DNA from: Alphaproteobacteria bacterium
GTDB lineage: Bacteria; Pseudomonadota; Alphaproteobacteria; SP197
Assembly: GCA_964291415.2 (NCBI GenBank)
Contig: OZ219917.1
Coordinates: 1-64,000, forward strand
Direction: 5' to 3'
DNA length: 64,000 nt
In this document: positions 36,780 through 47,589 of the stretch, piece after piece
Position numbering within the stretch: position 1 is the first letter of the stretch
Layout of the letters: each line of letters opens with the position of its first letter
Program-made: the position numbers and the translations under genes
Notes under the pieces: generated by a model
What the model was told of the DNA's origin: nothing
Databases searched by the model: none
The model's input: the letters and a program-made list of their open reading frames with translations, nothing else

Positions 36780-38474
36780 ATGCATGCCAGACGCAGCGAA
36801 GCGCGTGGACGGGACGGCGTGGTCTCCGCCGGGCACCCTGATGCGGTCGCAGCCGCACTGACACTCCTGGAGGCCGGAGGCAATGCCTTCGACGCCATCG
36901 TCGGGGCGGCCTTTGCGAGCTTCGTCGTCGAGCCGGCCCAGTGCGGTCTGGGCGGCTATGCACGCCTGGCCGGTTTCGATACCCGTGCGCGCCGCCTGGT
37001 CTCGGTCGACGGCTATCTGAGGGCGCCCGCCGCCGCCCGCGAGGACATGTTCGAGATCGACGAATCGCGGGGACTCAAATACTACGAAACGCCATGGACC
37101 AAGGACCTGAAGGGCGAGAAAGGGCATCTCGCGACGGGCGTTCCGGGCGCCGTTGCCGCCATGTGGGAAGTCCACCAGCGCTGGGGGCACCTCGACTGGG
37201 CCCGTGTCCTGGAGCCCTCGATCCGCCTGGCCGAACACGGCCTTGCCGTGACCTGGAACCAGCTGCTCCACATCTGCGAGGTTCACCGGCTCATGCGCCG
37301 CTATCCGCCGATGCTCCGCCATTTCTGTCCCGGCGGCGAGCTTCCCCGGATCGGCGGCCAGTTCGGCGGCGCAACCGTCCTCGATCTCTCCGAACTCGCG
37401 CGCACGCTGCGTCTCATCGCCGATGAAGGGCCATCCGGATTCTACGAGGGCCGGGTTGCCGAACTCATCGAGCAGGAAGTCAGACAAGGCGGCGGCATCC
37501 TGACCGCCGAGGACCTGGCGTCCTACCGGCCGAAGGTGCTTGAGGAAACGCCGCTGGATTTCCACGGACTGGACTGCATCACCTGCTTCTGCCCGACGTC
37601 CGCCGAGTTCCTGAATCTCCTGGGGACCTTTGACCTTCGCTCGATCACCGGCGCCGCGTCACACCACCTGATGGCCGAGTGCATGCTGACCGCCTTCACC
37701 GACACCATCCACTGGTACGGTGACCCGGACTTCGAGGATACCCCCGTCGCCGCCCTCTCGTCGGCCGAGTTCGCCAGGCGGCGTGCCAGGGCAATCGATC
37801 CGCAAAGGGCCATGCCGCGGCCGCCGCAACCGGCCTCGGCCGATGATCTTGCGGTCTCCGGCCACGAAGCGCTCCCGCAGTCCGTGGAAACGACTCCATG
37901 GGCACCGAAGCTCGGAGGAACGACACAGGTCGCCGTCACCGACGGGAGCGGGAACATGGCGGCGCTCTGCATCAGCCTTTCGGATGCCCACGGTTCCCTC
38001 GTCTACTGTCCAGGCACCGGTGTGGTGCTCAACAACGGCATGCAGAACTTCGATCCCCGGCCGGGACGGCCGAATTCCATCAAGCCCGGCAAGATGCCGA
38101 TTTTCGCCGCCCCCGTTCTCGTGGCCACACGCCAGGGCGAGCCCGTCTTCGCCGCCGCCGGTTCGGGCGGCTACCGGATCCTCACCGGTGTCATGCACAC
38201 ATTTGTCAACTGGGCCGTTCACGGCATGGACCTCAGAGCGGCCATCGAGGCTCCCAGGATACACTGCCAGAGCCGCGAGACCTTCGTCGACGAGCGCCTC
38301 CCCGCGGCCGTCATCGACGAACTCGCCGCCATGGGACACGACATCCGCCTCCAGCGCGACATGCCCGGCCTCAACGCCTTCGCCCGCGTCGCGGCCGTCG
38401 CCAGGGACCCCGCGGAAGGCCTCCTCACCGGCGCCGCCTGGCCCCCCTGGATCAACGACACCGCGGCTCTCTAG
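36780..38474 (+). CDS. Gamma-glutamyltransferase family (Ntn hydrolase)
   Basis: GGNAFDA, VPGAVA, TTQVAV.D..GNM (nucleophile Thr), LNNGM..F, PGK.P, AAGSGG, AIEAPRIH. Confidence 0.9.
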   Translation: MHARRSEARGRDGVVSAGHPDAVAAALTLLEAGGNAFDAIVGAAFASFVVEPAQCGLGGYARLAGFDTRARRLVSVDGYLRAPAAAREDMFEIDESRGLKYYETPWTKDLKGEKGHLATGVPGAVAAMWEVHQRWGHLDWARVLEPSIRLAEHGLAVTWNQLLHICEVHRLMRRYPPMLRHFCPGGELPRIGGQFGGATVLDLSELARTLRLIADEGPSGFYEGRVAELIEQEVRQGGGILTAEDLASYRPKVLEETPLDFHGLDCITCFCPTSAEFLNLLGTFDLRSITGAASHHLMAECMLTAFTDTIHWYGDPDFEDTPVAALSSAEFARRRARAIDPQRAMPRPPQPASADDLAVSGHEALPQSVETTPWAPKLGGTTQVAVTDGSGNMAALCISLSDAHGSLVYCPGTGVVLNNGMQNFDPRPGRPNSIKPGKMPIFAAPVLVATRQGEPVFAAAGSGGYRILTGVMHTFVNWAVHGMDLRAAIEAPRIHCQSRETFVDERLPAAVIDELAAMGHDIRLQRDMPGLNAFARVAAVARDPAEGLLTGAAWPPWINDTAAL

Positions 38475-38598
38475 ATCAACGCGCCTGCTGACAACGGGAA
38501 GCCAATGCTGCCAAGGCCTGGCGCGAATCGACGAGGTCACCAACAGGTTCCAGTCGAAGCCCCCGGTGATCCGTCAAGCCGCCTGTCGCAAGAAATGA

Positions 38599-38636
38599 GC
38601 CCCGCCTGCCTTCCCGATCGGAACGACAGGCGGGGC
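38599..38636. terminator. Hairpin between convergent genes
   Basis: GCCCCGCCTG...CAGGCGGGGC, a 10-bp stem. Confidence 0.55.
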
Positions 38637-38643
38637 GAAGCCA

Positions 38644-40229
38644 TCAGGCCTTCGTGAAACGCTTCCAGAGCATGCGCCCGTCGGGCGTGAGCGACGGAAC
38701 GATGGTGTTGCGGTAGATGGTCGGCTCGAATTCATGGGTGATGAACCGGTAGCAGCCCGACTCTTCCATCATGTCCTGCATGGTCCGGTACATGCCGTCG
38801 CGCGCGGCAGGATCCATGGTGACGAGCGCCTCGGCATGCAGCGCGCCGAAGTCCGGGTTGTTGAACCGCTCCCAGTTCCACACGCCGACCTGTTGCGGCG
38901 TGAACCACATGGTGTACCACCCCGGATCGGGCTGGGAGGAGAAGCGCGAATAGAGAATCTGAAGCGACTTCCAGTCTTCTCCGGAACTTCGTCTCCCATG
39001 GTCCACCAGACGCCGGGGTCGTGCACGTTGATCTCGGCATCAATGCCGATGTCGGCAAGGTTGGCCTGGATCACCTGGCAGGCCGCCGTGTAGGCCGCCT
39101 TGTTGAGGGTGTCGATCCGGCACGAGAACCCGGATCCAAAACCGGCCTCCTCGAGCTGCTGGCGGGCATACTCCGGATTGCCCTCATAGGGAACGAGCGG
39201 TTCGGGACGGTGCCCGACAAGGCCCGGCGGGATGATGCCGTTGGCGGGAGCCGCCAGCCCGAAGTAGGCCGCTTCCAGGATCTGGTTGACGTTCACCGCA
39301 TGCTGGATCGCACGCCGCACCCGGATGTCGCCCATCGCCTCGTTGTCGCGGTTGATCCCCATCCAGACGTACTTCAGCGAGGGATGCTGAACCAGCGTGG
39401 CATCCTCGGGCAGGCTCTCCATGAGGGTTTGCACCGAGGTGATCGGCACGCGGGTGACGTCGAGGTCCCCGGCGAGGAAGCCGACTTCGGCGGCCTGCTC
39501 GTCGACGATCGGGTAGACCTCGATGGTGGTGAAATCCGGATTGGCATAGGGGCCCGTGTAGCCTTGCCGCGCAGAGAGCGTGAGCTTCTGGGACGGTTGC
39601 CAGTCCGTGATCTCGTAGGCGCCTGACACCGCCGGCGGTTCTGCCTCGTAGCGCTTGCCGTCAAGCGCCTCGACAGCCGCCTTGCAGACGATCATGCCGC
39701 GCCCCGCGGGCATCGTCGTCGTCCACAAGGGTGCATAGGGCTCCTTGAGCACGATCGTCCCGCTGCGCTCGTCGTGGACATCGACACGATCAAGGGCGCT
39801 CCAGTCCTCGGCGTAGGGGGATGCCATCTCAGGGTCCGCGATCCTCTCGTACGAGTACTTGACGTCTTCGGCCGTCATGGCGCCAAAGCCGTTGGTCCAG
39901 CCAACGTCGTCGCGCAGGGTGAAGTTGATATGGGTGTCATCCACCTGGTCGATCTCGGCCGCAGCCTCATTCTCCCAGCCCCACTGGTCGCCCGGGGTCA
40001 CCGAGACGAGGCCATGGAGCAGGCAGGCGTTCACGTCGGATTCGGGAGCAGACAGGATATAGCCGGGGTCGAGAACCTGGATGTCAGAGTAGTTCCTCAC
40101 CCTCAGGGTATCGCCCGCTTCCTGGGCCTCTACGGAAGCACTGGCCATCGCCAGTGTTCCTCCGGCCACGCCCGCAGCCGTTGTTTCCATGAAACGGCGA
40201 CGGGACAGTTTCAACCGATCACTGGACAT
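38644..40229 (-). CDS. Tat-exported family-5 (peptide/nickel) ABC substrate-binding protein with an apparent 1-nt frameshift near 38989
   Basis: SRRRFM twin-Arg signal; F.LR.DV.W...TAEDVKYS; VRRAI..AVN. Adding one A at GACGAA^GT joins ORFs 38769-40229 and 38644-39006. Confidence 0.82.
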
Positions 40230-40399
40230 GTGTCATTCCCCATGTTGTTGGCAAAAGGTATGCCAATGTTCAGCAGTCCGACAGGTCTTGTCCAGCGTCG
40301 AATCCGTTGACGCCGGCACCAGCCGATGATCTCCGGCAGGAGCATGGGATCATGGTCAATCGTCCACCGCCGCGGGCGTGCCAGCCATTGCCATGAGGA

Positions 40400-40600
40400 C
40401 TTCGGGGCCTGACGGCCGTTCGACCGGGCTCGACGATCAGGCCGAGGATACGCCCTTCAAGCCCGGCATGGTCATGAGCCTCGACATTCCATACTGTAGG
40501 CGAGCAGCCCGGGTGGCCTCGGCATCGAGGACATGGTCCTCGTCGCGGCAACGGGATGCGAGAGTTTCGATGCGCTGTCCCGCAGACGCGCCGTTCGTGC
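40400..40600 (+). pseudogene. M24 (Xaa-Pro) peptidase C-terminal remnant
   Basis: EDTPFKPGMVMSLDIPY, then in another frame GGLGIEDMVLV..TGCE. Confidence 0.6.
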
Positions 40601-40638
40601 GGGATGAGGATCCCTCAACGCATCCGCGGAGGAAGACA

Positions 40639-41160
40639 ATGATCGACGGTGAGACCCTGCGCGCCATGCAGGCGCCTCTCAAGGACCGCTACCGCGACGA
40701 ACCGGATGCAGCAGTGGTCACCCTTCGGGCCACGGGCAGTATCGGGCTCGACGATGTCACATGCAGCGTTGAGACCTCGAAGGCCATGATCCGCGCCGGC
40801 CTGCATCCCGCAACGGGAGGAGACGGCCTTGCCGCCTGCTCCGGCGACATGCTGCTCGAGGCCCTGGTGGCCTGTGCCGGCGTCACGCTGAATGCCGTGG
40901 CGAGCGCACTGGGGATCGCCCTCAGGGATGGCGCGATCACCGCCGAAGGCGATCTCGATTTTCGCGGCACACTCGGGATCGACCGCGACACGCCTGTGGG
41001 ATTCCGGTCCATACGCCTTGGCTTCACCCTCGATACGGATGCCGATGACGACACCCTCGATCGCCTGATGAAGCTGACCGAGCGCTACTGCGTCATCTTC
41101 CAGACCCTGACATCACCACCTGCCATCGAGGTCTCGCGCGCCTCAACGCCCGCTGGATGA
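40639..41160 (+). CDS. OsmC-family protein
   Basis: AGLHPATGG.G..ACSGDMLLEAL.ACAG, GDLDFRGTLG, LTERYC; ggaggaa RBS. Confidence 0.92.
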   Translation: MIDGETLRAMQAPLKDRYRDEPDAAVVTLRATGSIGLDDVTCSVETSKAMIRAGLHPATGGDGLAACSGDMLLEALVACAGVTLNAVASALGIALRDGAITAEGDLDFRGTLGIDRDTPVGFRSIRLGFTLDTDADDDTLDRLMKLTERYCVIFQTLTSPPAIEVSRASTPAG

Positions 41161-41240
41161 CCATCCCGCGGGAACCGTCACCGACGGTCCTGGCGGAGTT
41201 TCATGGGCATGAACGGCGTCGGACAGACGCGCCCGGCAGG

Positions 41241-42113
41241 TCACGTCGCGAATGACCGGCCGGCAACCATCTCCTGATCCTCGAAAATCGAATCGGAGTC
41301 GGGAATTCTGGGAACGGGGGACCGCACGGGAAGGGCTTCCAGGCGGGGCTGCAGGGTCGGTTCGCCCCTCAGGATACGCCCATTGAACTCGTCGAGATCG
41401 AACGGTCCCGCGCTGGCAAGCGGCCAGGCATCGATCGCCATGTAGCACAGCAGGAGCAGGCGGCGGTCCCGGCGCAACCGGTTTTCCAGCGATCCGTGCA
41501 GCGTGCGCACGTGGTGTATCGTGATCGAACCCGCCTTTCCGGCGAGAGGCACCGCGTCATCGGCAAGCGCACCGAGTTCGCCGGCATGGCAGCTCCCCAC
41601 GAAGAGACCCTCGTGGTGGTGATCGAGTACCGGCCCCCTGTGAGTCCCCGGAATCACCATCAACGGTCCGTTCTCCAGGGTGCAGTCGCCGAGGTAGAGA
41701 CCGACGGCGAGCAGGTCATCGTTCGTATGGGGATAGAAGGCCCAGTCCTGGTGCCAGTCGATCGCCGCCTGGCCTCCCTTGGTCTTGATGTTCATCTTGG
41801 AATGGTCGAACCGCACGCCCGGACCGATGAGACATTCCACGATGTCGAGCAGACGTTCCTTGCGGGCGGCGCGGGCATAGGCCTCGTCGACCGCAACCGG
41901 ATTCTTGATGCGCCGCACCACCGGGTGCTCTGCCGTGTGATGCGGCGCCAGGTCGAAGAGGGAATCGCTGTCAGCAACTCCCCGCGAGCGTTCGATGTAG
42001 CTGTCCGTCACGCGGTTGAGTTCGGCCACTTCGGCCGCGTCGAAGACGTCCTCGACAAGAAGATAGCCTTCACGGCGATAGAACCGTACCTCATCGGGCG
42101 TCAGCATGGGCAT
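41241..42113 (-). CDS. Phytanoyl-CoA dioxygenase (PhyH) family protein
   Basis: WHQDWAFYPHTN, ENGPL.VIPGTH, LHGS..N...R. Confidence 0.9.
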   Translation of the reverse strand: MPMLTPDEVRFYRREGYLLVEDVFDAAEVAELNRVTDSYIERSRGVADSDSLFDLAPHHTAEHPVVRRIKNPVAVDEAYARAARKERLLDIVECLIGPGVRFDHSKMNIKTKGGQAAIDWHQDWAFYPHTNDDLLAVGLYLGDCTLENGPLMVIPGTHRGPVLDHHHEGLFVGSCHAGELGALADDAVPLAGKAGSITIHHVRTLHGSLENRLRRDRRLLLLCYMAIDAWPLASAGPFDLDEFNGRILRGEPTLQPRLEALPVRSPVPRIPDSDSIFEDQEMVAGRSFAT

Positions 42114-42186
42114 TCTCCTGCCGTATGCCGCGGCACATGTAGAGAGGAACGATGTCTTCAATCACCGGCAGCGGTCAACACCAACG

Positions 42187-42216
42187 AAAACGGCCCGGCA
42201 GGAACCGGGCCGTTTT
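42187..42216. terminator. Bidirectional rho-independent terminator
   Basis: AAAACGGCCCGG-caggaa-CCGGGCCGTTTT just downstream of yccA. Confidence 0.8.
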
Positions 42217-42234
42217 GAACCAAGCTGGTACGCC

Positions 42235-42996
42235 TCACTCGCTGCGGGCGACACCGAGCAGCTGGATGAGCATGATGAAGAGGTTGATGAAGTCGAGGTA
42301 GAGCCTCAGGGCCCCGTGAATGGCCGACTTCGTCATCACGGCGCCGCTCATGTGGACGTCATAGCTCTGCTTGATGCGCTGCGTGTCGTAGGCCGTCAGG
42401 CCGACAAACACGATGACGCCGATGGCCGAGATCGCGAACTGGAGCGCGGAACTCTGCAGGAAGATGTTCACCACCATGGCGATGATGACGCCGATCAGCC
42501 CCATGAAGAGGAACGAACCCCATGCGGCAAGCGACCGCTTGGTGGTGTAGCCATAGAGGCTCATGGCGCCGAAGGTCACCGCGGTGATGAAGAAGACGCG
42601 GGCGATGCTCTCCTGCGTGAAGGCGATGAAGATCGTTGCCAGCGACAGCCCCATCAGGGCCGCAAAGATCCAGAAGACGGCCTGGGCAGAGGATGGAGAC
42701 ATCCTGTGGAGGCGGAAGGAGAACAGCAAGACGAGGCCAAGGGGCGCCAGCATGACCACCCACTGGAGAGGCGAACCAAACAGAAGGACTCCCAGCTGGG
42801 TGAGTCCGACGATGTCCCCCTGTGCGTTGGTGACAACCGAAAGTTGCGCCGTGCCGAAGGCGATGATGCCCGTGATGGCAAGCGCCACACCCATGTAGTT
42901 GTAGACGCGCAGCATGTAGCTCCGCAGGCCCTCATCATAGACGGCCGTTGTCCGGGTGAACGCAGCAGCGCGGGGTCCTGCGTTGCCGAAAGCCAT
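42235..42996 (-). CDS. Bax inhibitor-1/YccA family membrane protein
   Basis: DEGLRSYMLRVYNYM, SLYGYTTKR, AYDTQRIK, GAL.LYLDFINLF. Confidence 0.93.
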   Translation of the reverse strand: MAFGNAGPRAAAFTRTTAVYDEGLRSYMLRVYNYMGVALAITGIIAFGTAQLSVVTNAQGDIVGLTQLGVLLFGSPLQWVVMLAPLGLVLLFSFRLHRMSPSSAQAVFWIFAALMGLSLATIFIAFTQESIARVFFITAVTFGAMSLYGYTTKRSLAAWGSFLFMGLIGVIIAMVVNIFLQSSALQFAISAIGVIVFVGLTAYDTQRIKQSYDVHMSGAVMTKSAIHGALRLYLDFINLFIMLIQLLGVARSE

Positions 42997-43112
42997 GTTC
43001 TTCATCCTCAAGGTTGTGTCGTCGAGTGGTATGCCGGGCTCATGCCCGGTTCCCCTGTCAGTTATGTGTGATCCGGGGGCGGACCGTCAAGACCACATCG
43101 CAGTGCGCCTGG

Positions 43113-45605
43113 TCAGGCATTGCGCAGAATCGGAGCTGCCGGAGCCGAAAGCAGGGACCATCCCGACACGACGCCGGCGATCAGCGACACGCCGAGGGCG
43201 AGGAAGAGGAGGAAAAGAGTCGCTGACCACGGCATGACCCAGGCAAGATCAAGGGCAAAGGTCACGATCGCCCACGATGCCGCCGTCCCCACCACGAGCG
43301 CCGGAAGGGCGACCGCCATTCCCAGAATCGCGTGTTCGAGAGTGAAGACGGCCAGCACAAACGACCTTGTAGCGCCCAGAACCTTGAGAATGACCGCCTC
43401 CCCAAGGCGCCGCCTCTGTGCTGCGACGACCGTTTCGGCGATGACGATCAAACCGCTGGCGAAGGCGATGAAGGCGATGCCGCGAACGACCGCATCAACG
43501 CTTTCCAGCATGTCGCGAATGTCCTCGATGACGTGACGCACACTGATGATGGAGATGTTGGGAAACTGCCGGGCAAGTTCCCGGCGCAGCGGATTCTCGG
43601 CGTCGACATCGGCATAGAGCGTTGCGATGTGGGTGTGCGGGGCCGCCTCGAGCAAGCCGGGCGAGAACACGAGGACAAAGTTGAGGCCGGCGGACGTCCA
43701 GTCGATGTGCCGCAGGTTGGCGATCTCCGCCGTGATCTCCCTGCCAAGCACGTTGACGGTCAGCGTATCCCCGATGCCGACGTGGTACCCGGCAGCGAGC
43801 TCGGCATCGAAAGACAGAAGCGGCGGTCCCGTGTGGTCTTCCTCCCACCACTCGCCCGCAACGACGTCGGCGTTCTCCGGCGATCCTCTGTAGGTGACAC
43901 CGACATCCGAGTTGATGGACCACATGGCATCGTCCTCAATCGTGGCGTCGGCCACCGGCACGCCATCGATGGCGATCACCCGGCCGCGCATGGCAGGGGA
44001 GGAGTCGAACGCCGTGACATCGTGACGGGCGGTCACCGTGTCGATGAACGGATCGATCTGATCGGACTGGATGTCGATCACGAAGAAGGCCGGAACCTTG
44101 CGGGAGGAGGCGACGTCGAGTTCTCTCGCGAGATTCGCCTCGACACCGGCGATGATCGCGAGAACGGCAAGCCCGGTTCCGAGCGCCACGGATACCGGAA
44201 CCGTCCCCGCCCCCGGACGATGGAGATTGGCCAGCGCCAGACGCAAGGCCGCAAGGCGTGGTCTGCCGGCGGATCGCGCCAGACGGGATACTCCCTGGCC
44301 GACGAGTCGGAACAGCACGAGAACGGCAAGGATGACGCCACAATAGATGGCCGCAAAGAGAGGCTCGTTGCCCGCAGCGATGGCAATCGTCACCACGCCG
44401 CCAGCCAGGAGAACGACTGTCAGCCGGTCGCGCGGTCGCATCGTCGTGCCGGGAAGCCCGGAGACGCGGAACAGGCTGGCCGGAGAGATCTCCCTCGTGC
44501 GAAAGAGCGGAGGCAGCGCGAAGACCAGAGTGATGAGGATGCCGCAGGCAGCGGCAACAAGAAGCGGTCCCGGGTGAAGGTCCGGACTGATGGTGACGGG
44601 CAGCGCCTCGCCCGCGAGCCCGGCTGCCAGAACCGGAAGAAGTGCCCCTGCGATCAGCCCGGCGGCAATGCCGAATCCTGCCATGAGGGCGATCTCGAAG
44701 AGATAGCTGACGAGAACCAGCCGCTGTGAGGCCCCCAGGGACTTCAGCGTGGCAATGGTCGGCACCTGGCGGGCGAGATAGGTGGTCACGGCACTCGACA
44801 TGCCGATCCCTCCAATCAGGAGGGCCGTCAGGCCGACCAGGGTGATGAAGAGGGAAAGGCGCTCGAGAAACCGGCGCAGCGACGGATTGGCGTCATCGGC
44901 GCTCCTGATGCGCCAGGTGGCTTGCGGAAAGGTCTGACGCAGGTCGGCGATGACGCCTGCCACGTCGCCGGACTCATCGAGCCTCATGCGCACGTGGTGA
45001 CGCACGAGACTGCCCGTTCCGGCGATACCCGCGGAATCCAGCATCTCGAGCGACACAATGACCCGCGGGCCGAGGCGGAAGGGAGCACTGGCCCGATCAG
45101 GTTCATCGACAAGAGCCGCCACGATGGGAACTGCGGCCTCTCCCAGGGAAAACGACGAGCCGACCACGAGACCGGTGGACTCGAGGAAGTCCCCGTCGAC
45201 GATGGCGCCCTCCGCAAGGGCGTTATCCAGCGGGATCGCGGGATCGATGAGCGCCTCGCCGTAGAGTGGCCAGCTGTCATCGACGGCCCGAAGGTTCACC
45301 AGCAGCGGTTCGCCGTCCGGGGGCCTTGCCATGGCGAAGAGATCGGCCGACCGCGACAGTGCACCACGCGCTTCCAGCCAGCGGATCTGTTCGTCGTCCG
45401 GGGGCGTGAAGGTCGTGCGCAATGCAATGTCGCCGCCCAGAATGACACGCCCGTTCTCGCGCAGGCTCTCCACGAGACCGGCGCCGAAGCTGCCGACACC
45501 CGCTATGGTCATGACCCCGAGTGCAAGGGCGAAGACGGCCAGCAGGAACCTCTTCCTGCCGCCTTTGAGATTCCGTCGGGCGATGGTCCAGGCCAGCGCG
45601 GTCAC
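43113..45605 (-). CDS. YbbP-like ABC permease (FtsX-type)
   Basis: LGGD, IATLKSLGA, FFVIDIQ, ILKVLGA; two FtsX-type halves. Confidence 0.88.
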   Translation of the reverse strand: MTALAWTIARRNLKGGRKRFLLAVFALALGVMTIAGVGSFGAGLVESLRENGRVILGGDIALRTTFTPPDDEQIRWLEARGALSRSADLFAMARPPDGEPLLVNLRAVDDSWPLYGEALIDPAIPLDNALAEGAIVDGDFLESTGLVVGSSFSLGEAAVPIVAALVDEPDRASAPFRLGPRVIVSLEMLDSAGIAGTGSLVRHHVRMRLDESGDVAGVIADLRQTFPQATWRIRSADDANPSLRRFLERLSLFITLVGLTALLIGGIGMSSAVTTYLARQVPTIATLKSLGASQRLVLVSYLFEIALMAGFGIAAGLIAGALLPVLAAGLAGEALPVTISPDLHPGPLLVAAACGILITLVFALPPLFRTREISPASLFRVSGLPGTTMRPRDRLTVVLLAGGVVTIAIAAGNEPLFAAIYCGVILAVLVLFRLVGQGVSRLARSAGRPRLAALRLALANLHRPGAGTVPVSVALGTGLAVLAIIAGVEANLARELDVASSRKVPAFFVIDIQSDQIDPFIDTVTARHDVTAFDSSPAMRGRVIAIDGVPVADATIEDDAMWSINSDVGVTYRGSPENADVVAGEWWEEDHTGPPLLSFDAELAAGYHVGIGDTLTVNVLGREITAEIANLRHIDWTSAGLNFVLVFSPGLLEAAPHTHIATLYADVDAENPLRRELARQFPNISIISVRHVIEDIRDMLESVDAVVRGIAFIAFASGLIVIAETVVAAQRRRLGEAVILKVLGATRSFVLAVFTLEHAILGMAVALPALVVGTAASWAIVTFALDLAWVMPWSATLFLLFLALGVSLIAGVVSGWSLLSAPAAPILRNA

Positions 45606-46279
45606 GTCAGCTCCCGGCAGGCGCCGTTCTCGATGGCCACGGTACGCCGGCAGCGTCGCGCCAGGTCGTGGTTGTGGGTGACCAGCATCAGCGTGGCCCC
45701 GGCTTGCGCGACAACCTCGAACATCAGGTCCGTGACCGCCGAACCGGTCTCGGTGTCGAGATTGCCTGTCGGCTCGTCAGCCAGCAGCAGCGGCGGACGG
45801 TTGACGAGGGCGCGGGCGAGGGCCACGCGTTGCTGCTCGCCGCCCGAAAGCTCCACCGGCAGGTGCCCCGATCTCGTCTCCAGCCCGGTTTCCGCAAGCA
45901 CGCGCCGCGCCTTCGGGATGGCATCGGCGTCGCCGGCCAGTTCAAGGGGCAGGGCGACATTCTCGAGTGCCGTCATCGTGGCGATCAGGTGGAAGGACTG
46001 GAAGACGATGCCGATCGTCCGTCCGCGGAACTTCGCCAGCTCGTCCTCGTCGAACGCGGCAAGATTCCGGCCGGTGATCTCGACCGTCCCGGATGTCGGC
46101 CGTTCCAGTCCCGCAGTCAGCGCCAGGAGCGAGGACTTGCCGGAACCCGACGGACCGATGACGGCGAGATGGCACCCTTCCTCGACGGCAAGGGAGACAT
46201 CCCGCAGGATGGTGACCGCGCCGGCGGCGCCGGTGAGCCTCAAGTGGAGGCTGCTCAGTCGGACAACGGGATCGGGCAT
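45602..46279 (-). CDS. YbbA-like ABC ATP-binding protein
   Basis: GPSGSGKS, LSGGEQQRVALARA, ADEPTGNLD. Confidence 0.92.
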   Translation of the reverse strand: MPDPVVRLSSLHLRLTGAAGAVTILRDVSLAVEEGCHLAVIGPSGSGKSSLLALTAGLERPTSGTVEITGRNLAAFDEDELAKFRGRTIGIVFQSFHLIATMTALENVALPLELAGDADAIPKARRVLAETGLETRSGHLPVELSGGEQQRVALARALVNRPPLLLADEPTGNLDTETGSAVTDLMFEVVAQAGATLMLVTHNHDLARRCRRTVAIENGACRELT

Positions 46280-46284
46280 CGCGG

Positions 46285-46917
46285 ATGAAAGAGGTTGGCC
46301 GCATGGCGGTTCTGATCGCAGGACTCCTGGCGAGTGTCCCCGCGGCAAGCGCCGAAATCCGTGTACTGGCGCTCGGCGACAGCCTCACGGCGGGCTACGG
46401 CCTTCCCGCCGCCGACAGCTTCGTCGCCCGTCTTGGCGCCGCCCTGGACCTCCTGGATCACGACGTCAGGATCATCGATGCCGGTGTCTCCGGTGACACC
46501 ACCACCGGTGGGCTGGCACGTCTGGAATGGGCGCTTTCCGGAGGCGTGGATGCGGCGATCGTGGCGCTTGGCTCCAACGATGCCCTGAGAGGTATCGATC
46601 CGGGGGTCAGCCGGGCCAATCTCGACCGGATCCTCTCCGTTCTCGGGCAACGGAACATACCGGTGCTGCTCGCCGGCATGGCCGCGCCGCGCAATCTCGG
46701 CACCGACTACGTCGCAGCCTTCGATGCCATCTATCCTGAACTCGCCGATCAGCATGGAGCCATTCTCTACCCGTTCTTCCTTGATGGTGTGGCGATGGTC
46801 CCGTCACTCAACCAGGATGACGGCATCCACCCCAACGTCCGGGGGGTGGAGGTGATTGTCGAGAGAATGGTGCCATATGTAGTCCGGCTTCTCGAACGCG
46901 CAACCTCCAGATCATGA
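46285..46917 (+). CDS. tesA: Arylesterase/acyl-CoA thioesterase I (SGNH)
   Basis: GDSL, GVSGDT, G.NDALRG, DGIHPN; divergent from ybbA as in the conserved arrangement. Confidence 0.88.
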   Translation: MKEVGRMAVLIAGLLASVPAASAEIRVLALGDSLTAGYGLPAADSFVARLGAALDLLDHDVRIIDAGVSGDTTTGGLARLEWALSGGVDAAIVALGSNDALRGIDPGVSRANLDRILSVLGQRNIPVLLAGMAAPRNLGTDYVAAFDAIYPELADQHGAILYPFFLDGVAMVPSLNQDDGIHPNVRGVEVIVERMVPYVVRLLERATSRS

Positions 46918-47456
46918 CGCCACCCCTTTTCATTGCCGTCACCGTGCCGTGCACCATTGCCGCGAGACTGGCGGCACTGGGAGGCGGCATTCCGGGCGGA
47001 CGCCAGGTGCCGGCGGAGAACATGCACATCACGCTGCGCTACCTCGGCGAGATCGAATCCATGCTGGCCGACGAGATCTGCGAAGCCCTTGCCACCGTCA
47101 GTCATGCGCCGTTCACGCTGAAGGTGTCGGGTGTCGGCTTCTTCGGCAAGAGGCGCGACCCCCGCCTTCTCTATGCCGGAGTCCGTCCGCAGGACGACCT
47201 GGTGATGCTGCACCACAAGGTGGAAGGTCTTCTGCTGCAATTGCGTCTCCCGCCGCGCGAACGCAAGTACCACCCGCACATCACCCTTGCCCGCCTGAAG
47301 AATGCCTCGCCGCAGCGCATCGGTGAATTCGTGGCCGCCAACAACCTCATCGAGTCACCGCCTTTCGAGATCCGCTCCTTCGCCCTTCACGAGAGCCATA
47401 GGCGCAGCGACGGCTCCCACTACCGCATGATCCGTGAGTACGCGCTGGTTTCATGA
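46914..47456 (+). CDS. thpR: RNA 2',3'-cyclic phosphodiesterase (2H family)
   Basis: Two HxT motifs (HITLRY, PHITLAR). Confidence 0.9.
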   Translation: MTPPLFIAVTVPCTIAARLAALGGGIPGGRQVPAENMHITLRYLGEIESMLADEICEALATVSHAPFTLKVSGVGFFGKRRDPRLLYAGVRPQDDLVMLHHKVEGLLLQLRLPPRERKYHPHITLARLKNASPQRIGEFVAANNLIESPPFEIRSFALHESHRRSDGSHYRMIREYALVS

Positions 47457-47589
47457 CTCCTGGCAACCGTGTCGGCGGCATCCGGGAGCGGACCTTGGCG
47501 TCCCTGGGCTACCGCGACCAGCCGCCCATGATGAACTGTCCGGAGGTCAGTCTGCTGTTCTGTGGACACCACGAGCCATGGCTTCGATG

